A stretch of DNA of 64,000 nucleotides from Chlamydiota bacterium (GTDB taxonomy: Bacteria; Chlamydiota; Chlamydiia; Chlamydiales; JAAZZY01): contig JAJACV010000053.1 in NCBI GenBank assembly GCA_022601335.1, positions 6,293 to 70,292 of the forward strand. The letters are read 5' to 3'. The notes under the pieces are model-generated. The model was not told the origin of the DNA. It did not search any database and saw only the letters and a program-made list of their open reading frames with translations. Made by a program: the position numbers and the translations under genes. Positions 1 through 9,417 of the stretch are shown piece by piece; position 1 is the stretch's first letter, and the number at the start of each line of letters is the position of its first letter.

Positions 1-1283
1 TTTACTTGAATGGTTTTAAGCCCTGAAGTTGGGAGGCCTAAGTTTTTTAACTTCTTAAGAGCTCTTTTACCTCCAGGGGATGCTGAAATACTTGCTTTTC
101 TAAAGTATTCAATAGCTTCAGCTTGTCTCTCTTTGTTATAATCTATTTCTCCTAGCGCATAGTATGCCTCAGCTGTAGGCAGAAGAGCTAAACTCCTTTC
201 TAGATCTTGGCATGCATCAGCCCAGTCATCCAGCTGCTCTTTTACTAGGCCTCTTTGCAAATAGTGATCAAAATAGTAAGGATCTTTTGCTATAGCTGCG
301 TTTAAAGCTTTTAATGCGGGAACAAAGTTGCCAAGTCTCGTTTGAGCTTTAGCTTTTAAAAGTAAAAAATGAGATTCATTGGGTTCTTCGCTCAGCCCTT
401 CATTGGCAATGTCTATAGCTGATGCATAGTTTTGGCTTAATAAAGCGGTGTAACCTTTGTCTAGTTTTTCGTAAGTACTTACTTGGGATTTTAAGAGAGA
501 AAGGTGTTGGGAAAAGAGTTTAGTCTTATATTGAGATGGTTCTTTATATTGCTTCTGACAAGACTCACATTTGTTTAGTTGATATTCTGAAAAGGGGTGT
601 TTAGCAATATAGCCGCCCATCCAATTGGGGTCTTTGCTTTTTTGATAAACATTAATCCTTTGTTGCAGATCAATCATAGCTTTAGGTGAATAGCCCATTT
701 GGCTCATTTGTATCATAGCTGACTGATCCGCATGCACTTCGGAATTTACATCATATTTGAGTGTTAAAAGGCCTGAACCAGAGCCTAGTGGACCTACTGT
801 GAAATCACTCACATAGTAATTTTTGTGGACGTTGAGTTTTACAGGTCCCGCATTTAAGATGATTTTTTGAATGTTCTCTCGACCATCTTGATGGTATAGA
901 TGTGAGATTTCATGAGATAAAACACCTACAAGTTCATCTTCATTTTGAAGTTCTGTTAACAGGCCACGTGTAATAGCAATATGTCCTGATGGAAAACTCC
1001 ACAAATTAGGAATAGAGCTATTTACAATGACCACCTTGCAAGATAAATTAGGATAAGGTGAGTTTTGAACAATTTTTTTGGTGAGATCGTTTAAGTAAGT
1101 AGATAATTCTGGATCCAGAGAATAACGACCTCCATAAGCTTGCTGTGAATACTCGAAGTTTTTCTTGTTGGTCTCAGGTAAATTACTTGGTGTTGCTGAA
1201 ATAACTCTATGGCTGTTTCTTTGATGGTAGGAACAAGAGGTTAACGAAATGAGTGCAAAAAGGTAAAAAAAAAGTTTAAACAT
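1..1283 (-). CDS. M48-family zinc metallopeptidase with C-terminal TPR-like repeats (BepA/YfgC-like); C-terminus runs off the window
   Basis: Absent from the ORF track because it stays open to position 1. My translation from the ATG (rc of 1281-1283) gives MFKLFFYLFALISLTSCSYHQRN (signal with a lipobox-like Cys). It continues to LVGVLSHEISHLYHQDGRE (HExxH of M48). Further 3' it reads as TPR-like helices (AIAKDPYYFDHYLQRGLVKEQLDDWADACQDLERSLALLPTAEAYYALGEIDY). Confidence 0.7.
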   Translation of the reverse strand, partial: MFKLFFYLFALISLTSCSYHQRNSHRVISATPSNLPETNKKNFEYSQQAYGGRYSLDPELSTYLNDLTKKIVQNSPYPNLSCKVVIVNSSIPNLWSFPSGHIAITRGLLTELQNEDELVGVLSHEISHLYHQDGRENIQKIILNAGPVKLNVHKNYYVSDFTVGPLGSGSGLLTLKYDVNSEVHADQSAMIQMSQMGYSPKAMIDLQQRINVYQKSKDPNWMGGYIAKHPFSEYQLNKCESCQKQYKEPSQYKTKLFSQHLSLLKSQVSTYEKLDKGYTALLSQNYASAIDIANEGLSEEPNESHFLLLKAKAQTRLGNFVPALKALNAAIAKDPYYFDHYLQRGLVKEQLDDWADACQDLERSLALLPTAEAYYALGEIDYNKERQAEAIEYFRKASISASPGGKRALKKLKNLGLPTSGLKTIQV

Positions 1284-1358
1284 ATTTCCATATTATGATT
1301 ATTTTAGGTAAAGCTAGCAATTTACTTTTGTTAAATCAAGAACTATTATGGAAAATGG

Positions 1359-1398
1359 AAAAAAAATGAATTCTCAAATCTTAATTTTTGAGAATTCA
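1359..1398 (-). terminator. Rho-independent terminator downstream of the ankyrin gene 1518..2480
   Basis: Perfect 12-bp inverted repeat TGAATTCTCAAA (1367-1378) / TTTGAGAATTCA (1387-1398) with an 8-nt loop. On the minus strand it is followed by T8 (A8 at 1359-1366). Confidence 0.7.
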
Positions 1399-1517
1399 GT
1401 AAAATTTATCTCTATTAGCCTTTAAAGAACGTTTTTCAGTAGTAGTTTCTTCTGTTTGGGTGTTAAACAAATTCGTTAAAAAACAGTTCGAAGAGCCGTT
1501 TTTTTAGATGCTGAAGA

Positions 1518-2480
1518 TTACTCTCCATTATTACTAGGGGGCTGGGCTAATATTTTTAATAGGTTAAAGTGGCAATGCTCTATTGCTACGTCTAGAGGTG
1601 ATTGTTCTCTCTTATTTTTGCTGTTTAGGCTTGCCTGAGCAGCAATCAGTAATTCAATAGCATCAGTATGTTTCTTACTAGATCCCGTCTTAGCTACGCA
1701 ATGGAGAGGGGTTTTTCCTTGATTATTTGAGATGTTTACATCTGCCCGAGCGGTAATGAGAGCCTTGACTTCATCAGGATGTCCTAAGGTAGCTGACCAA
1801 TGCAGAGGAGTGTATCCTGAATTATCTTGGATATTTGGATCTTTGAGAGCATTAATAAGTATAGCGGGCACATCTCTACGTTCCTCGCGAATTGCCATAT
1901 GGAGAGGGGTCTCTCCTGTAGTTTTATATTGGATATCTACATCTGCTTGAGCCTTAATAAGTGCTTTAGTTGCATCAACATCTCCGTTATGGGCTGACCA
2001 ATGGAGAGGGGTGTATCCTGAATTATCTTCATTATTTACATTTGCTCCAGTAGCAACTAGCAGCTTTAGAAGGCTATTTGCTTCATTGAAAGTACACTGA
2101 ACTTTGAGCAATTTCAAGCAGGAGTCAGGTTCAATTTCACCGTTATTTAAATAATTTCGTAGTGGGTGTGCCCATTTCTCCTTATTATTTAGTTCCTTAT
2201 TTTCTTGGGGATTTATAAGGTACATGTAAGCAAGTTTTCTTGTTCTACTTTTTGTTGTGGAATCGTCTACTAGATTGTTATTTTCTCTATACACATCAAG
2301 TTGATTCATCCAGTCGTTTGGAAAGTGTTTAAGATTAGTTTGTAGAGATGCAATGCTATTAGATGTTGAACTGTTTGTAGGATCAAATAGGTCTAATGGA
2401 GAGTTATCGGCATAAACAAACAATCCTTTTGTACTTGTTAACACAGAAGAAAATTCAAAATTCTGAGAAAAGAGAGCCAT
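1518..2480 (-). CDS. Ankyrin-repeat protein
   Basis: 320-aa ORF with several ANK units, e.g. GYTPLHWSAHNGDVDATKALIKAQADVD, GETPLHMAIREERRDVPAILI and GYTPLHWSATLGHPDEVKALITARADVN. Internal DNA repeats are visible (around 1798 and 1998). Confidence 0.85.
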   Translation of the reverse strand: MALFSQNFEFSSVLTSTKGLFVYADNSPLDLFDPTNSSTSNSIASLQTNLKHFPNDWMNQLDVYRENNNLVDDSTTKSRTRKLAYMYLINPQENKELNNKEKWAHPLRNYLNNGEIEPDSCLKLLKVQCTFNEANSLLKLLVATGANVNNEDNSGYTPLHWSAHNGDVDATKALIKAQADVDIQYKTTGETPLHMAIREERRDVPAILINALKDPNIQDNSGYTPLHWSATLGHPDEVKALITARADVNISNNQGKTPLHCVAKTGSSKKHTDAIELLIAAQASLNSKNKREQSPLDVAIEHCHFNLLKILAQPPSNNGE

Positions 2481-2569
2481 ATGAAATAATCTATTTTAAT
2501 TATTAAAATTATAGAACAATTTATATTCAAAACATATTTTTTGCAAAAAAAATAGTTACTATTCGTTCT

Positions 2570-2690
2570 TTAGAGGTGACTTTCCTATATTATTTGGGGT
2601 TTTTACATCTGCCAGAGAACTCAATAAGTGCCGTTACTTGATCACTATGTTCCTAGTTATCTGACCAATAGAGAGGGGGCCTTTTTCATT
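2570..2690 (-). pseudogene. Decayed single ankyrin-repeat unit (gene remnant)
   Basis: DNA aligns by eye with intact ANK-unit DNA at about 1700-1830 (ttatttg..gtttacatctgcc...ctgaccaat.gagagg.g). Minus-strand translation gives PLYWSDN*EHSDQVTALIEF, then a frameshift before ADV. It therefore carries both an in-frame stop and a frameshift. Confidence 0.55.
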
Positions 2691-2721
2691 TAGACGCTTC
2701 CTCTTTCGAAATATTTATTTA

Positions 2722-4416
2722 TCAGACTCGACTTTTAAATAAAGAAGAAATTTGCTGAGTCATACACTCTTGAAATGTTGTTTTCGTCTCTTCGTCTTCA
2801 CCGTTCCACCAAGCTTGCCATCCACTTTGAACAGGTGCAGTTTCTAGTGACCAAGGATGGTCAGAGCACTCTTCATAAGCGTAATATAACGTGGCGGCTA
2901 CTCCAGTTACAGCTAAAGCAGTTAAAATGAATCTATTGCGATGAATATTCGTTTTCTGTGCTGTCTTCACATTAGTTGTACTAATTGAAGTGATTTTTCT
3001 TGCCATTGGTTTAGTATTAGATGCAAGTTCTTTGCCTGAGGTTGACTTTTTTTCTAATTCTTTAATCGTAGGATTAAGTCTTGTTCTTGTAAGCTTTGTG
3101 GGTGTTTTTTCTGTATTAGTTCCGGTGCGTGTGAGTGACTCTTCTTTTACTGCTTTAGTCGTAGACTTATATTTTGTTCTTGTAAGCGTTGTGGGTGTTT
3201 TTTTATGAATACCATGTCGGGTGCGCCTGCCTGACTCTTTTTCTAATTCTTTAGTCTCAGTAGCAGGGGGACGGATAGGCAATGGCTGATTTGGATTCTT
3301 TAATAAATCAATTATAATTTGATCGTTATTAATTTCCGCTAAATCCGATGCTGATTGCTTAAGAAAATCTTTTGCATCCTTGTTGCAATTTGTTTTATTT
3401 AAAAGATAGTGAGTGACTTTTTCACTTTTCATTATAGTAGCTAGTAGAAGAGGTGTTCGTCCATAATTTTCTCGGGCCTCAAGATCTGCTTTGTTATCAA
3501 CGAGAAGTTTAGCTGCTTCTACATTGTTATTTTTACAGGCTAAATGCAGAGCTGTTTCGGTTTTTTCGTTTGGCAGGTCGATCAACATAGTTTTATCACC
3601 AAAAAAGAATTTTGCTAGACTTTCTGCCGCTAGATTCATATTAACGAAACTTTGATCATCATGATATCTGAGAGCAAATTTAATAGAATTTTTGAGCCAT
3701 GGCGTAAACTTTTCAACAGATTCATTAGAATAATCTGCAAAACCAGAATATGTTTTAAAGTCCTTGTTCTTTATATTAATATTTAAATTGAGTAGGCTGC
3801 GAAGACTCTCTAGCTTATTATCAATAACCAATTTATGGATAATGCTATTTCCAAAATTATAATTGAACTCACACAGAAACCTGGGGTTCCCACATACAAG
3901 AAATTCAACTATATCTTGACAATTGTTTTCAGTAGCATTGTTAAATGCTTCGAAACATTCGTCACTTCCAAACAAGGAATATCTTCTCCAGCCATGTTTT
4001 GCCTCTAATAGGGACAGTTTAACCATATCTAAATTGTTATTCTCACTTGCTTTTTTGAGAGCATCTTCAAAAACAGTATTATAATCCGACTTATCAACGT
4101 CGCATTTATTAGTGGGATCTTGTAATCGCAATGTTTCTTGTTTCGTGAGATGTTCTAAAAACAATCGTGTTGTTTTAGCATCTAGACAATTAACAGCAGA
4201 TTCACGTAGTGGTGTACAATGCTCATTGTCTTTAGCAAATATATCAGCATTGTTATCGACTAAGTACTTAATTAGATTAATGTCGTTGATCTTGGCAGCT
4301 TCGTGTAGAGCCGTTCGACCCATTTCATTTTTATGATTAATATCTGTGTTGTGAGCAATGAGAGATTCAACTCCATTTAAATTGCCTTGAGAAGCCTGCG
4401 CCTGTATTGTTGTCAT
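2722..4416 (-). CDS. Ankyrin-repeat protein with basic repeat linker, single C-terminal TM helix and conserved Cys-containing tail
   Basis: 564-aa ORF with ANK units (GRTALHEAAKINDINLIKYLVDNNADI; ETALHLACKNNNVEAAKLLVDNKADLEARENYGRTPL). The linker is T/K/R-rich and repeated (TPTTLTRTKY / TPTKLTRTRL). A TM helix (FILTALAVTGVAATLYYAY) is followed by the tail EECSDHPW...TTFQEC...SRV. That tail is shared with 43049..44425 and 44948..46843. Confidence 0.85.
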   Translation of the reverse strand: MTTIQAQASQGNLNGVESLIAHNTDINHKNEMGRTALHEAAKINDINLIKYLVDNNADIFAKDNEHCTPLRESAVNCLDAKTTRLFLEHLTKQETLRLQDPTNKCDVDKSDYNTVFEDALKKASENNNLDMVKLSLLEAKHGWRRYSLFGSDECFEAFNNATENNCQDIVEFLVCGNPRFLCEFNYNFGNSIIHKLVIDNKLESLRSLLNLNINIKNKDFKTYSGFADYSNESVEKFTPWLKNSIKFALRYHDDQSFVNMNLAAESLAKFFFGDKTMLIDLPNEKTETALHLACKNNNVEAAKLLVDNKADLEARENYGRTPLLLATIMKSEKVTHYLLNKTNCNKDAKDFLKQSASDLAEINNDQIIIDLLKNPNQPLPIRPPATETKELEKESGRRTRHGIHKKTPTTLTRTKYKSTTKAVKEESLTRTGTNTEKTPTKLTRTRLNPTIKELEKKSTSGKELASNTKPMARKITSISTTNVKTAQKTNIHRNRFILTALAVTGVAATLYYAYEECSDHPWSLETAPVQSGWQAWWNGEDEETKTTFQECMTQQISSLFKSRV

Positions 4417-4446
4417 AGTTGTCTCTTTAATCTTTTGTTATTATAA

Positions 4447-4475
4447 ATTGTACTATCTAAAAATTTAATTGTCAA
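4447..4475 (-). promoter_or_regulatory. Sigma70-type promoter for 2722..4416
   Basis: On the minus strand: TTGACA (rc of 4470-4475), a 17-nt spacer, then TACAAT (rc of 4447-4452), about 30 nt upstream of the ATG. The context (ctgaattttt..attgacaattaaat) resembles the promoters at 42982 and 44882. Confidence 0.6.
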
Positions 4476-4839
4476 TAAAAAAATTCAGATTCGGATATCT
4501 TTAGATAGATATTGACCTCCTTATTTTAAGAATAGTATGTGTTCATCCGTAAGAAGGGGTTAATTTTAACCTAAGTTTTTATATAAGTCATTTATAAATA
4601 ATATTTTAAGTGGGTCGTTAGTGGGTGAATAGTGATAAAACTAAGCGTTACTTTAAATCTATAAATTGAATCCTAAGCGTGAAAATAATAATCAAAAAAT
4701 AAGCTAAGTTAAACGTAACAGGCCTTATTATCACTAAAACAGGTAAATTGAGAAAGTATTTTCCCTAGAAGAAGATATTTTTTTAAATCAAATTGCTGCA
4801 TAATCTACTTTTTTAACCATCTATAATTGAAATTATTTT

Positions 4840-5481
4840 ATGACTCGTAATTTATTAAAGGCTCCTGATAGTCCAGTCCTTATGCATTCATGTTGCGCGC
4901 CTTGTGCAGGAGAATTAATGGAAGCGATGGTGGAATCTAAAATTCCTTTTGCTATCTACTTTTACAACCCCAATATACATCCATTAAAAGAGTATGAAAT
5001 TCGTAAGAATGAAAACATACGTTATGCTGAAAAAATGAATATTCCATTTATTGACGCCGATTATGATGCAGATCGCTGGTTTGAAAAAACCGAAGGTTTA
5101 GAAGATTCTCCTGAAAGAGGAGAGCGTTGTACGCTTTGTTTTGATATTCGTTTTGAAAGGACAGCTGAATATGCAAAAAGAGAGGGGTATCCTGTTATTA
5201 CTTCAAGTCTTGGTATCTCTCGCTGGAAAAACATGCAGCAGATTAATGATTGCGGAGTCAAGGCTGCAAAAAGGCATGATGTCGAGTATTGGACCTATAA
5301 TTGGAGAAAAGGGGGTGGAGGCGCTCGCATGTACGAAATTGCAAAACGTGAAGAGTTCTATAAGCAAGAGTATTGTGGCTGTATCTATTCGTTAAGAGAT
5401 TCAAATAAATGGCGAAAGCAAAATAATCGCTCTCTCATTCAAATCGGACAAGAATACTATACTAAGTTGGAAGAAAAGTAA
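4840..5481 (+). CDS. queH: Epoxyqueuosine reductase QueH (DUF208 family)
   Basis: 213 aa. Family landmarks are [36 protein letters not shown] and EYCGCIYS. Confidence 0.8.
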   Translation: MTRNLLKAPDSPVLMHSCCAPCAGELMEAMVESKIPFAIYFYNPNIHPLKEYEIRKNENIRYAEKMNIPFIDADYDADRWFEKTEGLEDSPERGERCTLCFDIRFERTAEYAKREGYPVITSSLGISRWKNMQQINDCGVKAAKRHDVEYWTYNWRKGGGGARMYEIAKREEFYKQEYCGCIYSLRDSNKWRKQNNRSLIQIGQEYYTKLEEK

Positions 5482-5484
5482 TTC

Positions 5485-6957
5485 TTACCAAAATTTGAGA
5501 ATTTTCCACCAAAGTCCTCCAACAACTAACCAAACTAGAATGTTGCAGATACTCATAATGAGTCCTATTTGCCACCATTTCTTTAAAGAGACATATCCAG
5601 AGCTAAAGAATATGGGGGCAGGGCCACAACTGTAGTGGGTTAGTCCTCCAAATAAGCTGCTAAAGAAAGCTAAAATAAGCACTGTGAGTAGGGGCGGTGC
5701 TCCTATTTGGATAGCAGCTGCCAAAAAAGCAGAGTACATCGCTGTAAGGTGCGCTGTGTTGCTGGCGAAGAAGTAGTGACTGTAGAAATAAAGGACAATC
5801 ATAATCAGAAAAGCCCAGTGCCAAGTCATTGAGGAAATAAACGAGACAATGTTCATCGAAAACCAAGTGAAAAAACCGAGGTTTTTAAGAGCTGTTCCAA
5901 TGGCTACGAGAGTGCCTAACCAAAAAAGGGTGTCCCAAGCGGTGTGCTCTTTCAAACAATCTTTCCAGTTAATCACCCCACAAAACAATAAAAACATCAC
6001 ACCCAAAAGAGCGGCTGTTGTGTTTGAAATTTTTAGGTAAGCTCCAAATAGCCATAAATTTAATACGACAAAGAAAATACCGAGCATTAATTTTTCATCG
6101 AGAGTCATTTTACCCATTTCTTTAAGCTTATCGCTTGCCATAACGGGCGCTTCTGGAGAGTGTGACAATTTAGGGGGAATGATTTTTTTCAGAAGCATAG
6201 GAATAATCAGTATACTTGCAATTCCCGGGACAGAGGAGGCTAAAAACCACTTACCCCATGTTAAAGTAATTCCAAATTCGCTTGCAATTTCAGCTGCAAT
6301 TGGGTTAGCTGCCATGGATGTTAGAAACATAGCACTGACAATTACAGAACCTTGAAACGTCGCTATAATTAAGAATCTTCCGGTACTTAAAGTTTTGTCT
6401 TGTTCATCATAGGTTTTAGCTAAGGCTAAAACAATAGGAAAAATAATTCCTCCCGCTCTTGCTACTAGGCTTGGGATAAAAGGAGCTAAAATAAGTTCGC
6501 TTAAAATAATTCCGTAGACTAAGCCAATAATACGGTGACCAAATGATCTTACAAAGATATAGGAGGCTCGCATGGCAAGACCTGTCTTTATCAGACCTTG
6601 AGCTAGAAAGAAGGAAACAAAAATAAGCCAGATACTAGGGCTGCTTAGTCCTATAGAAATTTCCTTAAAAGTAAGAGTGTGTGTTGTAATGGCAATAAGA
6701 GAGCCCATCAAAACCATAGGAGCTACAGGGAGCGGCCTTGTAACAAGTCCTGTAATAATAAATAGAAATATAGCAAAAAGGTGCCAGGCTTGAGGGGTGA
6801 GTCCCGCAGGGACCGGAATAGCCCAAATACCAGCTCCGACTAAAGCTGTTATTAAGAAAGGGATCGGTTTGGCTCCTCTCCATTGAGCTTTTTCAGGAAC
6901 GACGATATGTCCCTTTTCTTGAACACTTGCTGTTTTATTAAATGTAGTCATAGGCAA
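5485..6957 (-). CDS. DASS/SLC13-family anion symporter (2-oxoglutarate/malate translocator-like)
   Basis: 490-aa polytopic membrane protein. Length and repeated-hairpin architecture are typical of DASS di/tricarboxylate transporters. Family assignment is by resemblance only. Confidence 0.65.
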   Translation of the reverse strand: MPMTTFNKTASVQEKGHIVVPEKAQWRGAKPIPFLITALVGAGIWAIPVPAGLTPQAWHLFAIFLFIITGLVTRPLPVAPMVLMGSLIAITTHTLTFKEISIGLSSPSIWLIFVSFFLAQGLIKTGLAMRASYIFVRSFGHRIIGLVYGIILSELILAPFIPSLVARAGGIIFPIVLALAKTYDEQDKTLSTGRFLIIATFQGSVIVSAMFLTSMAANPIAAEIASEFGITLTWGKWFLASSVPGIASILIIPMLLKKIIPPKLSHSPEAPVMASDKLKEMGKMTLDEKLMLGIFFVVLNLWLFGAYLKISNTTAALLGVMFLLFCGVINWKDCLKEHTAWDTLFWLGTLVAIGTALKNLGFFTWFSMNIVSFISSMTWHWAFLIMIVLYFYSHYFFASNTAHLTAMYSAFLAAAIQIGAPPLLTVLILAFFSSLFGGLTHYSCGPAPIFFSSGYVSLKKWWQIGLIMSICNILVWLVVGGLWWKILKFW

Positions 6958-7028
6958 AAAAAATAGGTATTAATTTGACGATCATGATATTAAAATGAGG
7001 ATCGTGTTTATCATAACTTAAGAAATCT

Positions 7029-7472
7029 TTGAAAGAGAAAAAAATGAAAAGTGTCAAAATAAAAAAAAAAGTAAGGGGATCTGGTTTATATTCACTTCAA
7101 GTAGAAATTGAAAATGCTTTAAATCAAATTCTAAGCTCAGCTCCTCGCTCTCAATCAGGAATATTAAATCTCTTTAATCTACATACGAGCTCAGCGCTTC
7201 TTATTAATGAATCATGGGATGACTCAGCAAAACGTGATCTAGAGAAATTTTTTGATCACTTAGCTCCGTATGATCTCCCTTTTATTGAACATACCTTAGA
7301 GGGACCTGATGATTCTCCAGCTCATATGAAATCAGCTCTATTACAACAAAACATCGCCCTTATTGTTGAAGAAGGCCAACTTTTAATGGGTCAATGGCAG
7401 GGTGTTTTTTTAGCTGAGTTTAGAGAAGCTCCACAGACTCGAACTATTTTAATCAAATATCAACCAGATTAA
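7029..7472 (+). CDS. YjbQ/UPF0047 family protein (secondary thiamine-phosphate synthase-like)
   Basis: 147 aa. Motifs are LHTSSALLINESWD, HTLEGPDDSPAHMKSALL and LLMGQWQGVFLAEF. The start may be the internal Met at 7044. Confidence 0.7.
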   Translation: MKEKKMKSVKIKKKVRGSGLYSLQVEIENALNQILSSAPRSQSGILNLFNLHTSSALLINESWDDSAKRDLEKFFDHLAPYDLPFIEHTLEGPDDSPAHMKSALLQQNIALIVEEGQLLMGQWQGVFLAEFREAPQTRTILIKYQPD

Positions 7473-7475
7473 TTT

Positions 7476-8627
7476 ATGAAGAAAATGGTTTACTTTCATC
7501 ATAAACTAAACTGCCCTCCTTTAACGGGAGCGGAGCTGCATTCACATGAAATTCTTAAAACGATGAAAGATCTAGGCTTTAAGATTTATATTTTTGTCTT
7601 AGAGACTGAACAGCGTCCCGTTGTAATGAGAGATAACTGGATTTATGAAGAGGTTTTTATTTCAAAAAATATCACTTCTAAAAAAAGAATGAAAAAAAAA
7701 TTTAGTGATTATCTTGATAAAGTAGTCCCTGATTATATTTTTATAAACTATGCGTCTTGGGATTTTATCCTAGATCATAAAAAATATGCGGCAAGTACTC
7801 GAATTATTTACAATCATCACTTTGAGTCTATTCGTTTAAAAATGACAGAAGCCTATCTTAAAAAATTTAAAGATCACTTTCCAAGCTCTATTGATGATGT
7901 CCACCCAGAACTCTATTCACAAGATTTTTTCATCAATAAAAATTTCACACCTGATCCAGAAGAATACCGCATTTATAATCAATATGATTTTACTTTAGCT
8001 ATTGAAGATTTTGGAGCACCCTTGATTAAACAAAAATGCTCTAAAACAACTGTTATTAGTTTCCCTGTTACTTTATCTCCAAGAGACTGTAAACCCAAGT
8101 ATCAAAAATTAGCTCTCTATACGATGTCACCTTATACTTTCGCTTTTCAAGGATATTATTTTTTTGTTAAAAAAATCTTGCCTCTCATTGTAAAAAAAGC
8201 CCCTCTTTTTAGAACGAGAGTTATTGGTCTTGGCTCGGATCTGTTTTTTCCTGCACCAAATATGGTATGTAAAAATTATGTGCTAGATTTAAAAGCAGAG
8301 TATCAACAAGCCTCCCTTAGCTTATCACCCGCTTTTTCAGGCACAGGACAGCAAATAAAAATCATAGAGTCTATGCATTTTGCAGTACCTCCCGTTGCAA
8401 TGAGAAACCCTATGCAATTTAACCCAATAGAACATGCAAAAACAGGATTTATTGCAGATACTGCAGAAGAATTTGCTCACTATACCTTGCAGCTGTACCT
8501 AGATAGAGATTTAGCTCAAACCATGGGGAAAAAAGCGCAAGAAGTAGCTCAATCTTATTATAATCATCAGCTTTTGAAAAATAAGCTTCGTAGTCTTTTA
8601 GAAATAAAAAAGCCGCTAAAAAATTAA
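7476..8627 (+). CDS. Glycosyltransferase (GT-B, family 1/4-like)
   Basis: 383 aa. The C-terminal half has the GT1-type pattern (SGTGQQIKIIESMHFAVPPVAM ... GFIADTAEEFA). Confidence 0.55.
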   Translation: MKKMVYFHHKLNCPPLTGAELHSHEILKTMKDLGFKIYIFVLETEQRPVVMRDNWIYEEVFISKNITSKKRMKKKFSDYLDKVVPDYIFINYASWDFILDHKKYAASTRIIYNHHFESIRLKMTEAYLKKFKDHFPSSIDDVHPELYSQDFFINKNFTPDPEEYRIYNQYDFTLAIEDFGAPLIKQKCSKTTVISFPVTLSPRDCKPKYQKLALYTMSPYTFAFQGYYFFVKKILPLIVKKAPLFRTRVIGLGSDLFFPAPNMVCKNYVLDLKAEYQQASLSLSPAFSGTGQQIKIIESMHFAVPPVAMRNPMQFNPIEHAKTGFIADTAEEFAHYTLQLYLDRDLAQTMGKKAQEVAQSYYNHQLLKNKLRSLLEIKKPLKN

Positions 8628-8656
8628 CGACTTTTTTATTATTGAATTGCTGTGGA

Positions 8657-9409
8657 TTAACGATCCGTGGAGAGAACTAAATTTTCTAAATCAAATCCGT
8701 GCAGCTGCTCTAACAGAAGAGCGTAGCTTACACCTACAGCTGTTTGTGTATTAATCTCTACCCATTTATGAGATGCTTTATAGTAATCTCTGATAGGTTC
8801 AAATTCATCATTAAATTTAACAAGTCTGTTTCTGATAGCCGCTTCGCAATCATCATTATTGGCTGTAAGATTGTGGCCACACTCATCACAAATACCTTCT
8901 TTTTTAGGAGGCATATAATCTAGGTGATAAGATTCACGGCAGTTTGGGCATGTTCTTCTACCTAATAAGCGATTAATAACAACCTCTTCCTCTATGAGCA
9001 GATTTACAGCTACTATGTTATGGTCTTTAGCTAGAATTTTATCCAGCATTTTAGCCTGATTGACTGTTCTTGGAAATCCATCTAAGATAAAGCCCTTTTG
9101 GCAGTCGGATTCTTTAATCCGTCTTGCTAATATTTTAGCGATCACTTCATCAGGCACGAGTTGTCCCTCAGACATATACTCTACAAGCTCGATAGAAAGA
9201 GGCGAGTTTTCATTGTTTTGAGCGCGCCTTAAAAGATCTCCCGTTGAAATATGCGGCAGCTGAGTGCCGCGGCTGAGTTTTTTACAAAGCACTCCTTTTC
9301 CTGCGCCAGGAGCTCCCATAAAAATAAAAACAGTTTGCTCACAATAACTTTTAGCTGGATTAACTAAGGTTAAAAGGAAAAGAGCAAGAAATGAGATGCG
9401 TTTGAACAT
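8657..9409 (-). CDS. Adenylate kinase paralogue with N-terminal Sec-type signal peptide
   Basis: I place the start at the ATG (rc of 9407-9409), preceded by AGGAG. The product begins MFKRISFLALFLLTLVNPAKSY, then FIFMGAPGAGKGVLCKKL, HISTGDLLRR and ILDGFPRT, with a Cys4 lid (CPNC...CDEC). The 279-aa track ORF would overlap the upstream adk. Confidence 0.8.
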   Translation of the reverse strand: MFKRISFLALFLLTLVNPAKSYCEQTVFIFMGAPGAGKGVLCKKLSRGTQLPHISTGDLLRRAQNNENSPLSIELVEYMSEGQLVPDEVIAKILARRIKESDCQKGFILDGFPRTVNQAKMLDKILAKDHNIVAVNLLIEEEVVINRLLGRRTCPNCRESYHLDYMPPKKEGICDECGHNLTANNDDCEAAIRNRLVKFNDEFEPIRDYYKASHKWVEINTQTAVGVSYALLLEQLHGFDLENLVLSTDR

Positions 9410-9417
9410 AATAACTC

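Noticed and set aside
4476-4839. preQ1 riboswitch upstream of queH.
   Set aside because: I could not find the short P1 hairpin plus the conserved CCC...TAAAAAACTA-type tail. The region mainly looks like two divergent AT-rich promoters. A covariance-model scan (Rfam PreQ1-I/II/III) would be needed to be certain.
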